A stretch of 64,000 nucleotides of DNA, from NCBI RefSeq assembly GCF_009914755.1, contig NC_060934.1, one strand, 5' to 3'. The translations under genes and the position numbers were made by a program. Origin of the DNA: the human T2T-CHM13v2.0 reference genome, Homo sapiens. Positions 1 through 39,911 of the stretch are shown one piece after another; positions within the stretch are counted from its first letter, which is position 1, and each line of letters begins with the position of its first letter. The notes beneath the pieces were generated by a model. It was not told the origin of the DNA. It ran no database searches and saw nothing but the letters and a program-made list of their open reading frames with translations.

Positions 1-1073
1 GAGGACCGGGAAGTGTCCCTTGATTTTGGAGTTAAGCAGCTGATTGCCACCTTCTGTAGAACAGCTTCAGTGGAGTCTCCATGATAGAAATAAATGCCAG
101 GTTGCTGAGGACTAAGCGTGGATATTTGTTGAGAGTGGAGACAGTAAGTGCAAACATTCTTTTCAGAAAGCTTTGCTCTTTTTGAAGCTTTGCTCATAGG
201 GAGATACAAGATAGTAGGTAGAGGGGCAGGCTGTGTTTAGATGAGAGAGACTTCAGCATGTTTATATGCTAAATGGAAAAAGGAAAAAGGAAGGGAGAAG
301 TTGAAGATGTAGAATAAAGGAGGTGTGTGTGAATGATTGTACATTGTCTTTGAGGTTAGTGGGAATGGAGTGAAGATACTGGGTTGCAGTACAGATGAGA
401 ATACAGTTTCCACTGAAGTAGGAATAAAGGAACAATAGATGGTGCAGATGGGGAAGTGTTTGGGTGGCAAGTGAGAATTCTGGATATCAACACTTTATTT
501 TTTTCAGTGAAGGGGGGATAAGGTCATCCACTGAGATTATAGTGGGGATGAAATGATGATTGTAGGGGACTGAGGAGAAAAGGAGAATTTCAAGAAAGCC
601 TCTGAGGGAAGTGAGAGGGCAAGCTGAGTGGGAATACTTAGAAAAAATGGAATCATGGATTTTTCACGGCTGTGGTATATATATTTGTATGAATGATTTC
701 CTCCTTCTCTCAGGGCTCAGCAGCCTGGGTGAGCACACAATTGAACAGTTGGATTGGTCTTGGCCTGGGTTTTATGTGTCAGTGTGACAGAGAGGGTAAG
801 GAGGCAAGATATTTCAGTAGCGAGAGTGTTTGAAGTGGTGGGCCATTGAGTCTAGGCTGAATAGGGAACAAATGAAACCAGAAGGTGGCTGCTGGGACAT
901 GAAGTGGTTGGTGTTCAAGACTGGATAGTGGAAATGAAGATTGAACGGGAGGAGCAGTTGCTGGGTATGACAGAATACAGGATCCAGCTATGGAGTGGGT
1001 TTATGAAGTAGAGACAACGTTCCCAAGTCTTTAGTGAACATCAGAGAGTGTCATCTGTTAGAACTTTAGCTGC

Positions 1074-1933
<860 letters not shown>

Positions 1934-3422
1934 TTAATAAAGGCTCTGGGAAATGATGTTACTATTAATGATTTAACATTTATTGAGCACTGTCTAAGGC
2001 TCTGTTCTAAGGCTCCCACATGCATTATTGTTTCCAGTCTTTACAGCAACTATCTCAATTTAAGTCACACGGCTAAGCTGGAATGGAAGAGCTGGGATTC
2101 AAATCCAGAAAGACTTGCTCCATAGGATTCTCAAGCCTATAACCAGTATGGAAACAGGCTTGACATTAAATCCAGCATTTCCCCGTCTTGTTTGGTTATG
2201 GAACCTTATTATCTTTTAGTATTTATAGAGAGATTAGTCAGTTGTCCACGGCATGGACCCTGGGAAGTGTTGCCTGAGTCAGTTTACACTGGTGACTACA
2301 GTCTTTTAAACAGCATTGTTTCAGACTATAACTAGTTTTTTCTAACTTGGTTCTCTGTTGACAATACTTAAATGTTATATTTATTTTTCTATTTGAGAGC
2401 CTTATATTTTGACTTCAAGGCATTTTCTATTCCCTTTCACAATGACCTTCCCAGGAATCAAAGATATTGTCACCACCACACATTACATTTGAGTTACTAA
2501 AACAGTTTATAATCCAAATAGCTATTTCACTTTCCTTTCTCTGGTCTAAGATTATCTTACTGTAATTTGTTTTTTAAATTTAGAGACAGGGTCTTGCTAT
2601 GTTGTCCAGGCCAGTCTCAAACTCCTGAGTAGCTGAAAATATAGGCATGTGTCACCTCAACCAGTTTATTGTAAAATTTTAATGTTTAGAGATCTTGGAG
2701 ATCATCTTTTATTTTTAGCAGTATTTATTTAGTTTTGCAGGTAGAGAAAATGACAGCTGTGTAGTGCTGTGGAAATTATAATAATTCATATCCAAGCTTG
2801 AATGTCAGCTCCACCTCTTTACTATAGCTGTGGCCTTACAAAACCTACTTCGTTTCTTGAAACTTGTTTCTTCCTCTAAAAAGATGAGGATAATATCTTG
2901 CAGGGTGGCTATGAAAATTAAGACAGTTCATACAGTATCTGGCACATGGAAAGTTCTCAATGTTAATTACCCATTTTTTTCTGTTTAAGGAAATAGTCTC
3001 AATCCTATACCATGAATGAATTATGAAAATAGTTGGAAAGGAAACAACAGTTTTAAATGTAAACTGTCTCAGTCTTATGCTGACATCAGCTACATTTCTG
3101 GTAAAGTGATGGTGTCATGATACAGGTTATATTAAGAGTTAAAACCAGTTTCCTTCTGGCTTTCCAACTGACATAATAAGCAAAACCTGCCTGGGCAAAC
3201 ATAGACCTATTTATTGGCTCACTTATTATTAATGTTAAAGTAGCTTTGGTGCTGACTTCTCCTGTTCTTGTTTTAAAATTTCACTGTTGTCATTTAAAAT
3301 CTGACAGACCTTCAGAAGCTTCATAGAATGCTTAATGGTTTAAATCGTCTCTAGAACATGTGAAGTATCTTTTCCAAAGTGGTTTTCTCCATCTGTCAGT
3401 ATGTTCAAAATCATGTGTATAG

Positions 3423-7511
<4,089 letters not shown>

Positions 7512-7599
7512 TGAAAGTCTCAGTTGCATTAAGTACATTCGCATTGTTATGCAACCATCACCATTATCTAGTTCCAGAATTTTGCCGTCACCCTAATAG

Positions 7600-7748
7600 A
7601 GCTTGTATATATGTCCCCACCAAATCTTATGTTGAATTGTAATTCCCAGTGTTTGAGGTGGGGTCTGGTGAGAGGTGTTTGCGTCATGGGGCAGATCCCT
7701 CATGGCATAGTGTTGTCCTCGCAGTAGTGAGTTAGTTCTCACGATCTC
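7600..7748. mobile_element. MST-type MaLR LTR fragment
   Basis: tgtccccaccaaatcttatgttgaattgtaattcccagtg...tcatggggcagatccctcatg resembles the MSTA/MSTB terminus. Confidence 0.75.
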
Positions 7749-8230
7749 CTTACTCCATCCACCTGCTTCTCCTAAAACTTTGAAATACGCTTGGAATTGA
7801 AAGTGTTTAGTTTAGTTTGAGGATAGTTATCTAAAAGTGACATACAGGGCTCCTGCTTTGCTCTTCCTTAGTAAATTTCCTATTTTATTACACAGTTTAC
7901 TAATACAGAGGACTTGAGTTTTGTTATTTCCATGGAAAACATTATTGAATCTAAATTTAACTAGAGATGTGTAGTTCAGGGAGGGAGAGTGGTTTTATAA
8001 TATGAATCTTGGATTTGAAATGAACTTAAAGCAAATGAATAAAAATTGTTTCATTAATTATAATGTCTGAAATAATGCATGTTTTTGTGAATAAAAATTG
8101 ATATAATAAAGTTTAAAGTGACAGGAGTAGATATAACTAATTGTATTTATAATTTCTTGGAAGTAAAATAACATTTTTGAAAAATATTATACAATGACCT
8201 CACATACAGTGACCTCACTTAATCTATGTG

Positions 8231-10355
<2,125 letters not shown>

Positions 10356-11999
10356 TTGAGAAATACTGGGTTTTAATCAAGATTATTGTCTGAATATTGA
10401 GTCTTAATGACTTTTTTGATTTTGTTTTTTTGGCCATAGTATTAAGTTTGCAGTTGATAACCTTCTGTACTAACTAGAAGTAGTATAGAAACTGCAAATT
10501 AAAAAAAAAAACCCAGGTAAAATGTTGATGGCTGCTATTTTTATTTAAGGTATTAATAAAGGAAAAGAAGTCAGGGACATTATGGAGGTCAAGTTTTATA
10601 TTATTAAAACTCAACTTCATGATTTATACATACTTAGAAATAGTCTGAGTGATGTGTGACCAAAATATGATTTCTAGGAGGAATGATTGTTACATCCGTG
10701 GAATAGCTGCGTACACTTTATTGTTCTTGGTGCTTAAACTTTAGTTGTCCTGCTAAGATAAAGGAAGACATTCTTTCAGTTGGAAATCATGATAATGTAT
10801 TTCTCCATTGAAACAGTATGGTTTGAACAGTGCTATATATTCATACTCATTATTATTCCTTAAATGAATATTTTAAGCTCCTGATAGAAGGCAGGTACTG
10901 TGTTATATGCTGTTTGTGTTACCAGAATACAAAGATGAAGAGAACAAAGTATTACACAATTCCTAATCTCACATAAATGCTATTTTTTTTTTACTAGCTG
11001 TGGGGAGCACAAAATAAGTGGTTGAAAGTCATCTGACACAGTTACATTTATTCCTTTCCTTTTCCATGGCTCTTAGGAATAAATTGTTCTACTCTATGGA
11101 TTAAATTGCCCTTTGTTTATTGCCTGGGATCCCAACTTTATTTCATAATTTTATTTCTTTGAGGAAACGTTTCACAAGTTTTATAACAAAGTATAACTCA
11201 ATTTGGAGAGCACAATCTGTGCATAAGTTGGAGGCTACCTATTGTGAAATGGAAAAATGCTTGTCCTAGCATTACTGAGTTAATGTATAGCTGGTAGAAA
11301 GTTTTCACTCTTAATTGCTAACTTGCCTAGTGAGAGTGAAAGATTGATTACGGCAACTAAAAAGTATAAAAACTACTGAGTAGTTTTTAGGTACAGTCAG
11401 TTCTTCAGTAGAACAAGAATCTTTAGAAATAACTTTCACTAATTCTTTACTAGTTGTTTTTCCTATTTCTCTTGGATATGGATCATCAGAATGTTTTTTG
11501 TCCCTCTTACCCGCCCCCCCCATCCCCCACCCCCCGCCTCCCACTTTTTTGTTGGGAGGCTTATGTGAGAGCATTAGAGGCCTTGAATGTTTGGGTAGAC
11601 AAGGTAAGTATTCAAATAAACGTTTCAAGATCATTGTGACAGTGAAATTATTTGATATGAAAAAGGATCTCAGTTATTAGAAAAAACACAACTGTGTTAA
11701 TACTGACAGCCAGCGTTGCTATAAGTGTTTTATGTGCATTATCTCACTTAAGCTTTACAACAGTCCTAAGAGAGGAATGCTGTGGTTATTACACCCACTT
11801 GACAGACCAGGGAGCAGAAGCACAGAAACCCAAGGATTTCTGCTGTCAATGTCATGCATTTGGCTGGAGTTATGATGTCGTGCAAGTAATGTTCCTTCTT
11901 TTTCCCTCTAATTCATTTTTATGTTTTTCTTTTACAGGGCAATTTTGTAAGATTTAGTTTCCAGGGGTCAGGTTTGTTTGGGCTTTATGTCCTTGGGAA

Positions 12000-14760
<2,761 letters not shown>

Positions 14761-14888
14761 TGATGAGGGCCAGGCGTGGTGGCTCAGGCCTGTAATCCCA
14801 GAACTTTGGGAGGTCGAGGCAGGTAGACTCCTTGCATCTGGGAGTTTGAGAGAAGCCTGGGCAACATAGCAAAACCCCGTCTCTACTA

Positions 14889-15038
<150 letters not shown>

Positions 15039-15179
15039 CTATCTCAAAAACAAAAACAAAAAAACCCCAAAAACCTTATTAGTATTTTAGCACAATTTGG
15101 GGAAGAAATGAAGTTAAATATATGTATGTTCCATCTTCTCTTTACCCAGAACTTATTTCTAATTTTTTTTTTGTTAAGC

Positions 15180-16150
15180 ATCTTTTTTGTTGTGGTAAAA
15201 TATACATAAAATTTATTATTTATAAGTATACAGTTCAGTGACATTAAGTACATTCACAATGTTTTACAGCCATCACTACTTTCTAGTTCTAGAACTTTTC
15301 TATCACACCAAAAAGAAACCCCATACCCATTAAGCAGTCACTCCCCATTCCCTCCCTCCCCCAGCCCCTGGAAGCCACGAATGTGCTTTTTGTTTCTATG
15401 GATTTGCCTTTTGTGGATATTTCATATAAATGAAGTCATTCAGTATGTGGCCTTTTGTCACATGTTTTCATTTACCATAATATTTTTGTGGTTCATCTAT
15501 GGTATAGCATAGATCACTGCTTCCTTCTTTTTTATGGCTCAATAATTTTCATTGTGTGGATATATCACATTTTGTTTATCTGTTCATCAGTTGATGAACT
15601 TTTGGGTTGTTTCTGCTTTTTCTGGCTATTGTAAATAGTGCTGTTATGAACACTGATGTACAATTTTTGGGGGTGAACATTTGTTTTTATTCTTTTAGGT
15701 ATATAGCTCGGTGTGGAATTGCTGGATCATATATGGTAATTCTGTCTTTAACTTAATGAGGAACTGCCAATCTGTTTTCCTCAGTGACTGTACCATTTTA
15801 TATTCCTATTAGCAATACACAAGTGTCCCAATTTCTCCACATTTTTGCCAACACTGTTTTCCATTAAAAACTTTTTATTATAGTCATTCTAGTGGGTGTA
15901 AAGTGGTATCTTTTTGTTTTGATTTGCATTTCCCCAGTAACTAATGACATTGAGCCTTTTTTCATGTGCTTGTTGGCCATTTGTATATCTTCTTTGGAGA
16001 AATGTCTGTTTAAGTCCTTTGCCCACTTTAAATTGTGTTGTCTTTGTGTTGTAGAGTTGTAAGAGTTCTTTATACATTCTGGGTACTAGACATGATTTTC
16101 AAATTTAGATACATGATTTTCAAATCTTTTGCCTCTAGATGTTTTTTACT
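15180..16150 (-). mobile_element. L1MB-like 3' fragment
   Basis: Hallmark antisense L1 motifs (ttgatttgcatttccc...aatgacattgagc, ctttggagaaatgtctgtt, cattaagtacattcaca). Confidence 0.85.
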
Positions 16151-18129
16151 TTTTTATTTTTGATCCTTGAACTCATCTATATTCTATGGTTGTGATGTAA
16201 TGATGACAGAATTGGTGTCATTTGTGTTTATTTACCAGGTTATTTGGAAGGATTATATTTTAGGTGCTCTCCTCTCCCCCAGTAAATGGTATTACGACAC
16301 AAGGGTTATAAAGGACTGATAAGAAATTACTTAAGACAGAAAGGGAAGTTGGCCTGCTTCCAAAATGTGGTCCCAGCAGAAGTGAAGTTAGTTACACCAA
16401 TAACCACAGTCAAAAAGCTATTTTTAACCATGATAATGTATTTGTTGTTATTAATATTAAAGATTATATTTTGCCAGGTGCAGTGGCTCACATCTATAAT
16501 CCCAGCACTTTGGGAGGCTCAGGCGGATGGATCACTTGAGCTCAGGAGTTTGAGACCAGCCAGGGCAACATGGTGAAACCCCATCTCTACAAAAAATGAA
16601 AAATTAACCGGGCTTGGTGGTGCGTGCCTGTAGTCCTAGCTACTTGCGAGTCTGAGGTGGGAGGATAGCTTGAGCCCAGGAGGTCAAGGCTGTGGTGAGC
16701 CGAGATCGTAGCACTGCACTCCAGCCTGGGCAACAGGACAAGACCCTGTCTCAAAAACAAAACAAAACAAAACAAAACAAAACAAAACCGACTATATTTC
16801 TGCATTAAGTGGGGGTTTGGAATCCTATCTAATATTTGAGATAATAATTGTTATAGTATTTTATTGAGCTTTTATTGGGTACCAGATGTGTTCTAAGTTT
16901 TTTTCGTGAATTATTTTCATTAATCTTATTCATTGTTGTGTCCTGAATGAGTACTCACATATTTGTTGAAGGGCTCAATGGTCCCTAAAACCTTAGATGC
17001 TGTTTTGGAAGGTTAACTTGCCAAAGGTCACATAGTTGGCAAATGATGAAGCTGAGATTAACATTAAGATCTGATTCCAAAGTAGTCTTTCTTAACTATA
17101 TTGCTTTATGTGGAGTTTTGCCATTGATGTCTAGACAGAAAATCTCTAGCAATGGAAAAAAATAATTTTTAATTAATTTTAATTTTTTTAGTGTTTTGCT
17201 TCTTTTTTTTTTTATTTTGTGAGCCACCGTGCCCAATTGGTTTCTTTTAAAAGACCAGTTAGTTTGTGCATTAGGCCTCTTGATTAATCTGAGGTATTTA
17301 ATTAATATCTTTGAAATCCTTAGATTTACTGTATCACTTCTGCAATATCTAAATTTTTCCTTCTTACTTATTTCTGTTCTCCTTCTACAGTCCTTTCTAT
17401 TATGTTTAATCATCAAAACGTTGTTCTTGTTTTCTATTGCAATCTAATTTTTAGTGTTATGCTGTTTCCAGATGCCATTTGGGTCATTTTCAAAAAAAGA
17501 TGAGTAATAATTAGCAAGTAATGAATATTGTTCTTTTTACCATTCATTAAGAACAATTGTTAATTGTCTTATTCTATTGTGAAGAATATCTGTAATTCCT
17601 GCTTAGAACCTGGGTTGATAGCAGGATATCAGGAAGCACTAAGTGTACACAGAACGATATAGCTGGAAAAAGTATATATGTTAAAGAATAATATGTTGTC
17701 TAAGGATGATCACACAGGTTCTTTTTTGGTAAGCTTCAAAACTTCTTATCTCCCATGAAAGTACTTTTTCTTTTATAATATGCAACAATAACTTTCTGTT
17801 TAGTTAATTAGTTTTAAAACAAGCTTAAACTTATAATTTATAAAGAATCATATTTGCTCCCTATCATTGTTTTATAGCTGGGGCTATACTGACAAATAAG
17901 AAAAATAAAATTCCTGCCCTTGTGGAGGAGACAGTTAAAAAATGGGACAAATACATTTCAGATGGAAATGAGGACAATGGAAGAAGAGTAGAGCAGGATG
18001 AAGGCATGAAGGGTGACTGAGATCTGGTCAATCTTTAGATAGTGTAATACGGGAAACTGCTTTGAAAAGATGACTTTTGAGCAGAGACCTTAATGTACTG
18101 AGGGAGTGAACCATTCGAGGTCTGGGGAA

Positions 18130-24660
<6,531 letters not shown>

Positions 24661-24667
24661 AATTAGT

Positions 24668-28820
<4,153 letters not shown>

Positions 28821-29814
28821 CATTTAGTAATTCTTAAAAGAGTTCAGCATGAATATACACAGTACGTGGGTTATTAGTACTGTGTTGTTAACACAAATGA
28901 ACTATGATAGCAAATTGAATTTGGTTCAATCAGGTCAAAGAATAAAAGGATGACTTTCTTTAACCACCAGCAAAGGATAGTATAATGAACCCCATGCAAC
29001 TATCACTTAACTTCAATAATTTCAAGTTTGAGTAAGTTGCAGAGTAGTAATTTGAACCCACATCTCTCTTGTTCCAAATCCCTTGCTTTTAATTACAATC
29101 CCATGTGGCTTCTTTGTCATTTGATGCTATTGAGCAACTTTATGATTTTTTTGGTGTTTTTGGTAAAATAGACATGAAAAGGCATTACTACAGGGAGTTT
29201 TTTCACTCCCTGGTAATAAGAGGGGAAAAGCACTCTCTTTTAATGATACATGTTTTGTAATAAGCATTTTTTTTTAGTTGCAGTGTTCTGCAAAGACAAA
29301 ACCTGCTGATACAATTCATCCTGTTTTAGAAATCTTTGACCCATTCATCAGACTCTGACCACTCTAAAGATAAAGGATTATGGTTGTATTGGTTTTTCCG
29401 ACTGAAGCGGCCTTCTGCAGATTGAGAAATTGTATAATTATTAACTGCGGTAATGGAGATGTACTTGCAAGTTTCATCTGGTATCTTAATGACCTTTAAC
29501 CCTCTGAGTACACCTAAAACATATCCTAGAATTATTGAAATTAATCAGTTGTCCATAACTTTTCTGTCTGTATAATTTGGCTATCATACATATTTTGTTT
29601 CCCCCTGCCCTTGCCAGTTTCCATCCTCCTACTCACATACTCACAACTCCTATAAATTGGAGTATTTAGTAGCAGTAGCCTTTGATATAAACACTTTTTA
29701 AAAATTTACTATTTTTTGAATTAATAGGGCCACTTTCTAGTCAAGTTTTTTTTTGGGGGGGGGGTGAGGAGGGTAGGGTAACAGTTCTACACTTACAAGG
29801 GTATTTGTTTAGAC

Positions 29815-30337
<523 letters not shown>

Positions 30338-30393
30338 ATTTAGACAAATAAGTGAAGGCACACTGAAATAACAGTTATATATAATAACCTTGT

Positions 30394-34806
<4,413 letters not shown>

Positions 34807-35032
34807 TAAAGAGAGTCTTTAGGTGAAAAATTTTTGTGAATATTGTGATTTCTCCTTAATAATTTCTTGTGTATTTATGAATTTATATAATTAAATGGCA
34901 TATCAAAAAAATCACCTATGTTAATTATGTTTTTGACTCAGTTATATTTTCTTTTGGTACATTATTAAGTTAATATCCATATGCAAAAATATGCTGACAA
35001 TATATTAATTTTGGATTTTTCATTTTTATCAG

Positions 35033-36560
35033 AAATCATGAGTGGAGGATCTCAAGTCCACATTTTTTGGGGTGCTCCAGTTGCTCCACTGAAAATGACA
35101 GTATCAGAAGACACAGCTTCTTTAATGTCTGTTGCTGACCCCTGGAAAAAAATTCAGCTTTTATACAGTCAACATTCTTTATATCTGAAGGATGAAAAAC
35201 AGCACAAAAATCTTGAAAACTATGAAGTCCCAGATTCTATTGGTTCTCCAGATCTTTGTGGTCATTTCTTAGCAAACTGTATGAATAGACATGTTCATGT
35301 GAAAGATGACTTTGTACGTTCTGTTTCTGAAACACAGAATATAGAATCCCAGAAGATTCACTCCTCTAGACTGAGTGGCATAACTAGCTCTAATATGCAA
35401 ATATGTGGATTTAAAAGCACAGTTCCGCATTTAACCGAAGAAGAAAAGTATCAAAGCTTCTCAGTGAAAATAAAATTAGAGATGAACAGCCTAAACATCA
35501 GCCAGATATATGTGGTCAGAACTTTAACACAAATTTGTTTCAGTTGGGCCATAAATGTGCAGCTGTGTTGGATTTGGTTTGTAGTACTGAAAAAATTAAT
35601 ATAGGGCCTGAAGTGGTACAAAGAGAGTGTGTGCCAACAGAATATCATGAAATACAAAACCAGCGTTTGGGATTATTTTCCTCGAACTCAGTAGATAAGT
35701 CAAGGTCTGAAGCAGCAGTTAAGAAGGTCTCAGACCTTAAAATATCAACTGATAAAGAATTTCTCAGTATAATTACCTCCAGCCAGGTTGCTTTTTTTAG
35801 CTCAAAAGAAAGATAAAAGGCGGAGTCCTGTAAATAAAGGGAATGTAAACATGGAGACTGAACCAAAGGCAAGTTACGGGGAGATAAGAATACCTGAAGA
35901 GAATTCGATTCAGCTTGATGGTTTTACAGAAGCATATGAAAGTGGACAAAACCAAGCATATTCCCTTGAACTTTTTAGTCCTGTTTGTCCTAAAACAGAA
36001 AATAGCCGCATTCACATAAACTCTGATAAAGGTCTTGAAGAACATACAGGATCTCAAGAACTTTTCAGTTCTGAAGATGAACTGCCACCAAATGAGATAC
36101 GTATTGAGTTGTGTAGCTCAGGAATACTGTGTTCCCAACTAAATACCTTCCACAAAAGTGCTATTAAAAGAAGCTGTACCTCTGAAGATAAAGTGGCCCA
36201 GTCTGAAGCTCTATCTAGAGTCCTTCAAGTAGCTAAGAAAATGAAGTTGATTTCTAATGGAGGAGATTCTGCTGTAGAAATGGATCGGAGAAATGTGTCT
36301 GAATTTAAGAGTATTAAAAAAATCATTAATAAAAAACTGTGATTCTAAAAGCCAGAAGTATAATTGTTTAGTCATGGTGCTATCTCCATGCCATGTGAAG
36401 GAAATAAACATAAAATTCGGACCAAATTCTGGCTCTAAAGTGCCTTTAGCAACAGTTACAGTAAGTGATCAATCAGAAACTAAGAAGAAGGTTTTTCTGT
36501 GGAGGACTGCAGCATTTTGGGCATTTACAGTGTTTCTTGGAGATATAATTTTACTCACGG
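35033..36560 (+). pseudogene. SHLD2 pseudogene, large first coding exon (1528 nt; ATG at 35038)
   Basis: Acceptor tttttatcag|aaatcATG and donor acgg|GTGAGG. SHLD2 peptide is split over four ORF-track entries (34981, 35535, 35788, 36293), implying -1, +1 and -2 indels. First in-frame stop at 35602-35604. Confidence 0.95.
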
Positions 36561-36826
36561 GTGAGGTCATTATGGTATAGTGGTAGCTTATTTTATAAAG
36601 CTAAGTTTTGTTTGTTTTTGTTTTCTCCCACTTAGTCTTTGAAGACTCTTTCTTTAGTCATTTGCCTCTTCTGAGCTCAGCATAATTGATCCCTTTATTG
36701 CATCTGCATTGCTCTCCTTTCCATTGTCCACTCTCCTGCCCATTGCCACTTCTGGGCCTCTGTTCTATCCTTCTCAGCTCTGCCCCTTCTTTCCACTTAT
36801 CCCCTCCTTTAATAAGCCTTCCCTAG

Positions 36827-37104
<278 letters not shown>

Positions 37105-37611
37105 CTAATAATGCTGTGCACATTGTGTTTTTACTGTGGGAACAGTTATTGATTTCTGTTGCCTTATTTTATTATCAAAATTATATTAATTACACTTGGA
37201 AATATGGAAAGGAAAAAACTGGTATTATACCAACTTCATATAACCACCAATAGAGTTCGAGAGTGTTGCCTTCCAGTTATTTTCTCTGTTCTCCTTAAAA
37301 TGTGTGTGCATGTGTGTATATATCACACATAGAAGCTCATATTTATTGGGAGCTTAGTTTGTGAGACCCTGTTTTAGATTTTACATGCATATTTCATTAC
37401 AACAAGTATATGAGGAAGGTACTGATTTTTATCCCCACTTTTCAGTTGAGGAAGCTGAAGCCCAGAGAAGTAAAGTAACTTGTCCAATGTCATACATCTA
37501 GGAAGTGGCAAAGCTATAGTTTCTCCTAGACTCCAGAATTTATACTCTTACTATATAGTTGTAACCATAAAGAACATTTTGTTTTTTTAATTTTTAATTT
37601 ATTTATTTTTA

Positions 37612-38057
37612 AGAGACAGAGTCTTGCTATGTTGCCAAGTGCAGTGGGTACTCACGGGCACAATCCCATTACTGATCAGCATGAGAATTTTTGAATTGTT
37701 ATTTTTAATTTTTTGTTTGTTTGTTTAATAAGGACAGGATCTCACTGCATTACCCAGTCTGATCTCCAACTCCTGGGCTCAATTGATCCTCCTGCCGCAG
37801 CCTCCCAAAGTGCTAGGATTACAGGCGTGAGCTACCGTGCCCATGGTATTTTTAACATGCCCTTGTTTCCAACCTGGACCAGTTCACCCCTCCTTAGGGA
37901 ACCTGTGGTCCTCCACTCCCAGGAGGTCACTATATTGATGGCAAGCTTAGTGCAAACACCTGATCGGCTACAACTCTGAACTCCTGGGCTCAAGTGAGCC
38001 TCCTGCCTCAGTCTCCCAAGTAGCCAGGACTACAGGCACGCATGCCGCTGCACCCAG
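37612..38057 (-). pseudogene. 7SL (SRP RNA) retro-pseudogene interrupted by a FLAM-type Alu monomer (~37693-37843)
   Basis: Reverse complement matches the 7SL S-domain, which Alus lack: cccattactgatcagca, ttcacccctccttagg, ggaggtcactatattgatg, cttagtgcaaacacctgatcggc. Confidence 0.9.
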
Positions 38058-38581
38058 AGAGAATATTTAATTTTTTTTTTTTTTTGAGACAGTCTTGCTC
38101 TGTCACCCAGGCTGGAGCGCAGTGGCACAATCTTGACTCACTGCAACCTCCGCCTCCTGGGTGCAGGTGATTCTCCTGCCTCAGCCTCTTGAGTAGCTGA
38201 GATTACAGGTGCAAGCCACCATGCCTGGCTAATTTTTGTATTTTTAGTAGAGACGGGGTTTCACCATGTTGGCCGGGCTGGTTTCGAACTCCTGTCCTCA
38301 GGTGATCCGCCCACCTCGCCCTCCCAAAATGCTAGGATTACAAGTGTGAGCCACCGTGCCTGGCCAGAATATGTTTTCACCGAAGACATCTAACATTGTG
38401 TTACGTGTTCTTTGTTGATTTAAAATTGACACATGGTGTATTAGAGCAGGAGGAAGTTGATTAAGCTTAATAAAATATCTAAAGAAAGAATGTGATACAG
38501 AGGCGGTATTTAGAAAAAGAAAACTTCGAAGCAATATTGATAGTCCTACCAAATAGTTTACAGGAGGAATGAGAACCTTAG

Positions 38582-38969
<388 letters not shown>

Positions 38970-39722
38970 TTAGCATAGCCACATCCCACTGGCAATATTA
39001 GCTAATATTATTTATATGTGATTATATTATTGGAGGTTCAATTCACCTAACTCCCTCTGTTCTGATTCAGTGCTTGCTGAATACCTCTTTGCTTGTGATT
39101 TGGCTTTCTAGTTGTAGAGCTGCCCACAGCATGAGAACAGGCTGAAATACTGTTTTTTTTTGGGCAATTATTGTAAATGAAAAAAAAATGTTTTTTTTCT
39201 TTAATTTGTTTCATTAATTGATTTAGTATGAGCTTATGTTGCAGAGCTGAAATCTAGTTTTGGAGTGTTAACAAAATTAAGTTTCCCAGACTGTAAAAGA
39301 GGGCTGGATCCTGGACCATGGTCATTTTACCGAGGCAATTAATGTCAGCAGGGACCTCTCAGGGGCCTTTTCCGTTTTCCTAGGTAGGTGTAAACTCAAC
39401 TCTGCAATCTCTGTATTTTTTCCTAACATCTCTATAGTTGTTAACGACTAGGTAACATTCTCTCTGGTGGCTGTAATGCAATTTACTTAACCATTTTCCT
39501 ATTATAAGACATTTAGATGATTTCTATGAACTTTTTTTAAAAAATCAGATTTTTTTTGTCTTTTTAAGAAAAAGAGGATCTAGTTCACCGAATTCTGAAT
39601 AAGTTTCTTTTGTGTGGAACAGATGGAAATGTTGGGAAAAAAAAGAAATCTACACTTTTCTGTTGTCCTAATGAGTCAGTGAACTTAGTTGGATAGCTTG
39701 GGTAGTTCATACTACCTATTGA

Positions 39723-39911
<189 letters not shown>

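Noticed and set aside
16239-16288. Possible 50-nt non-coding exon (tttaccag|...aatg|gtatta)
   Set aside because: Splice signals are only moderate and cannot be told from chance without transcript data.
29275-29520. Unique-looking block after a strong acceptor-like tract
   Set aside because: No clear donor, ORF or family match; conservation data would be needed.
34981-35037. 19-aa N-terminal extension from ATG 34981
   Set aside because: It lies mostly in the intron, across the polypyrimidine tract and acceptor; it would require intron retention.
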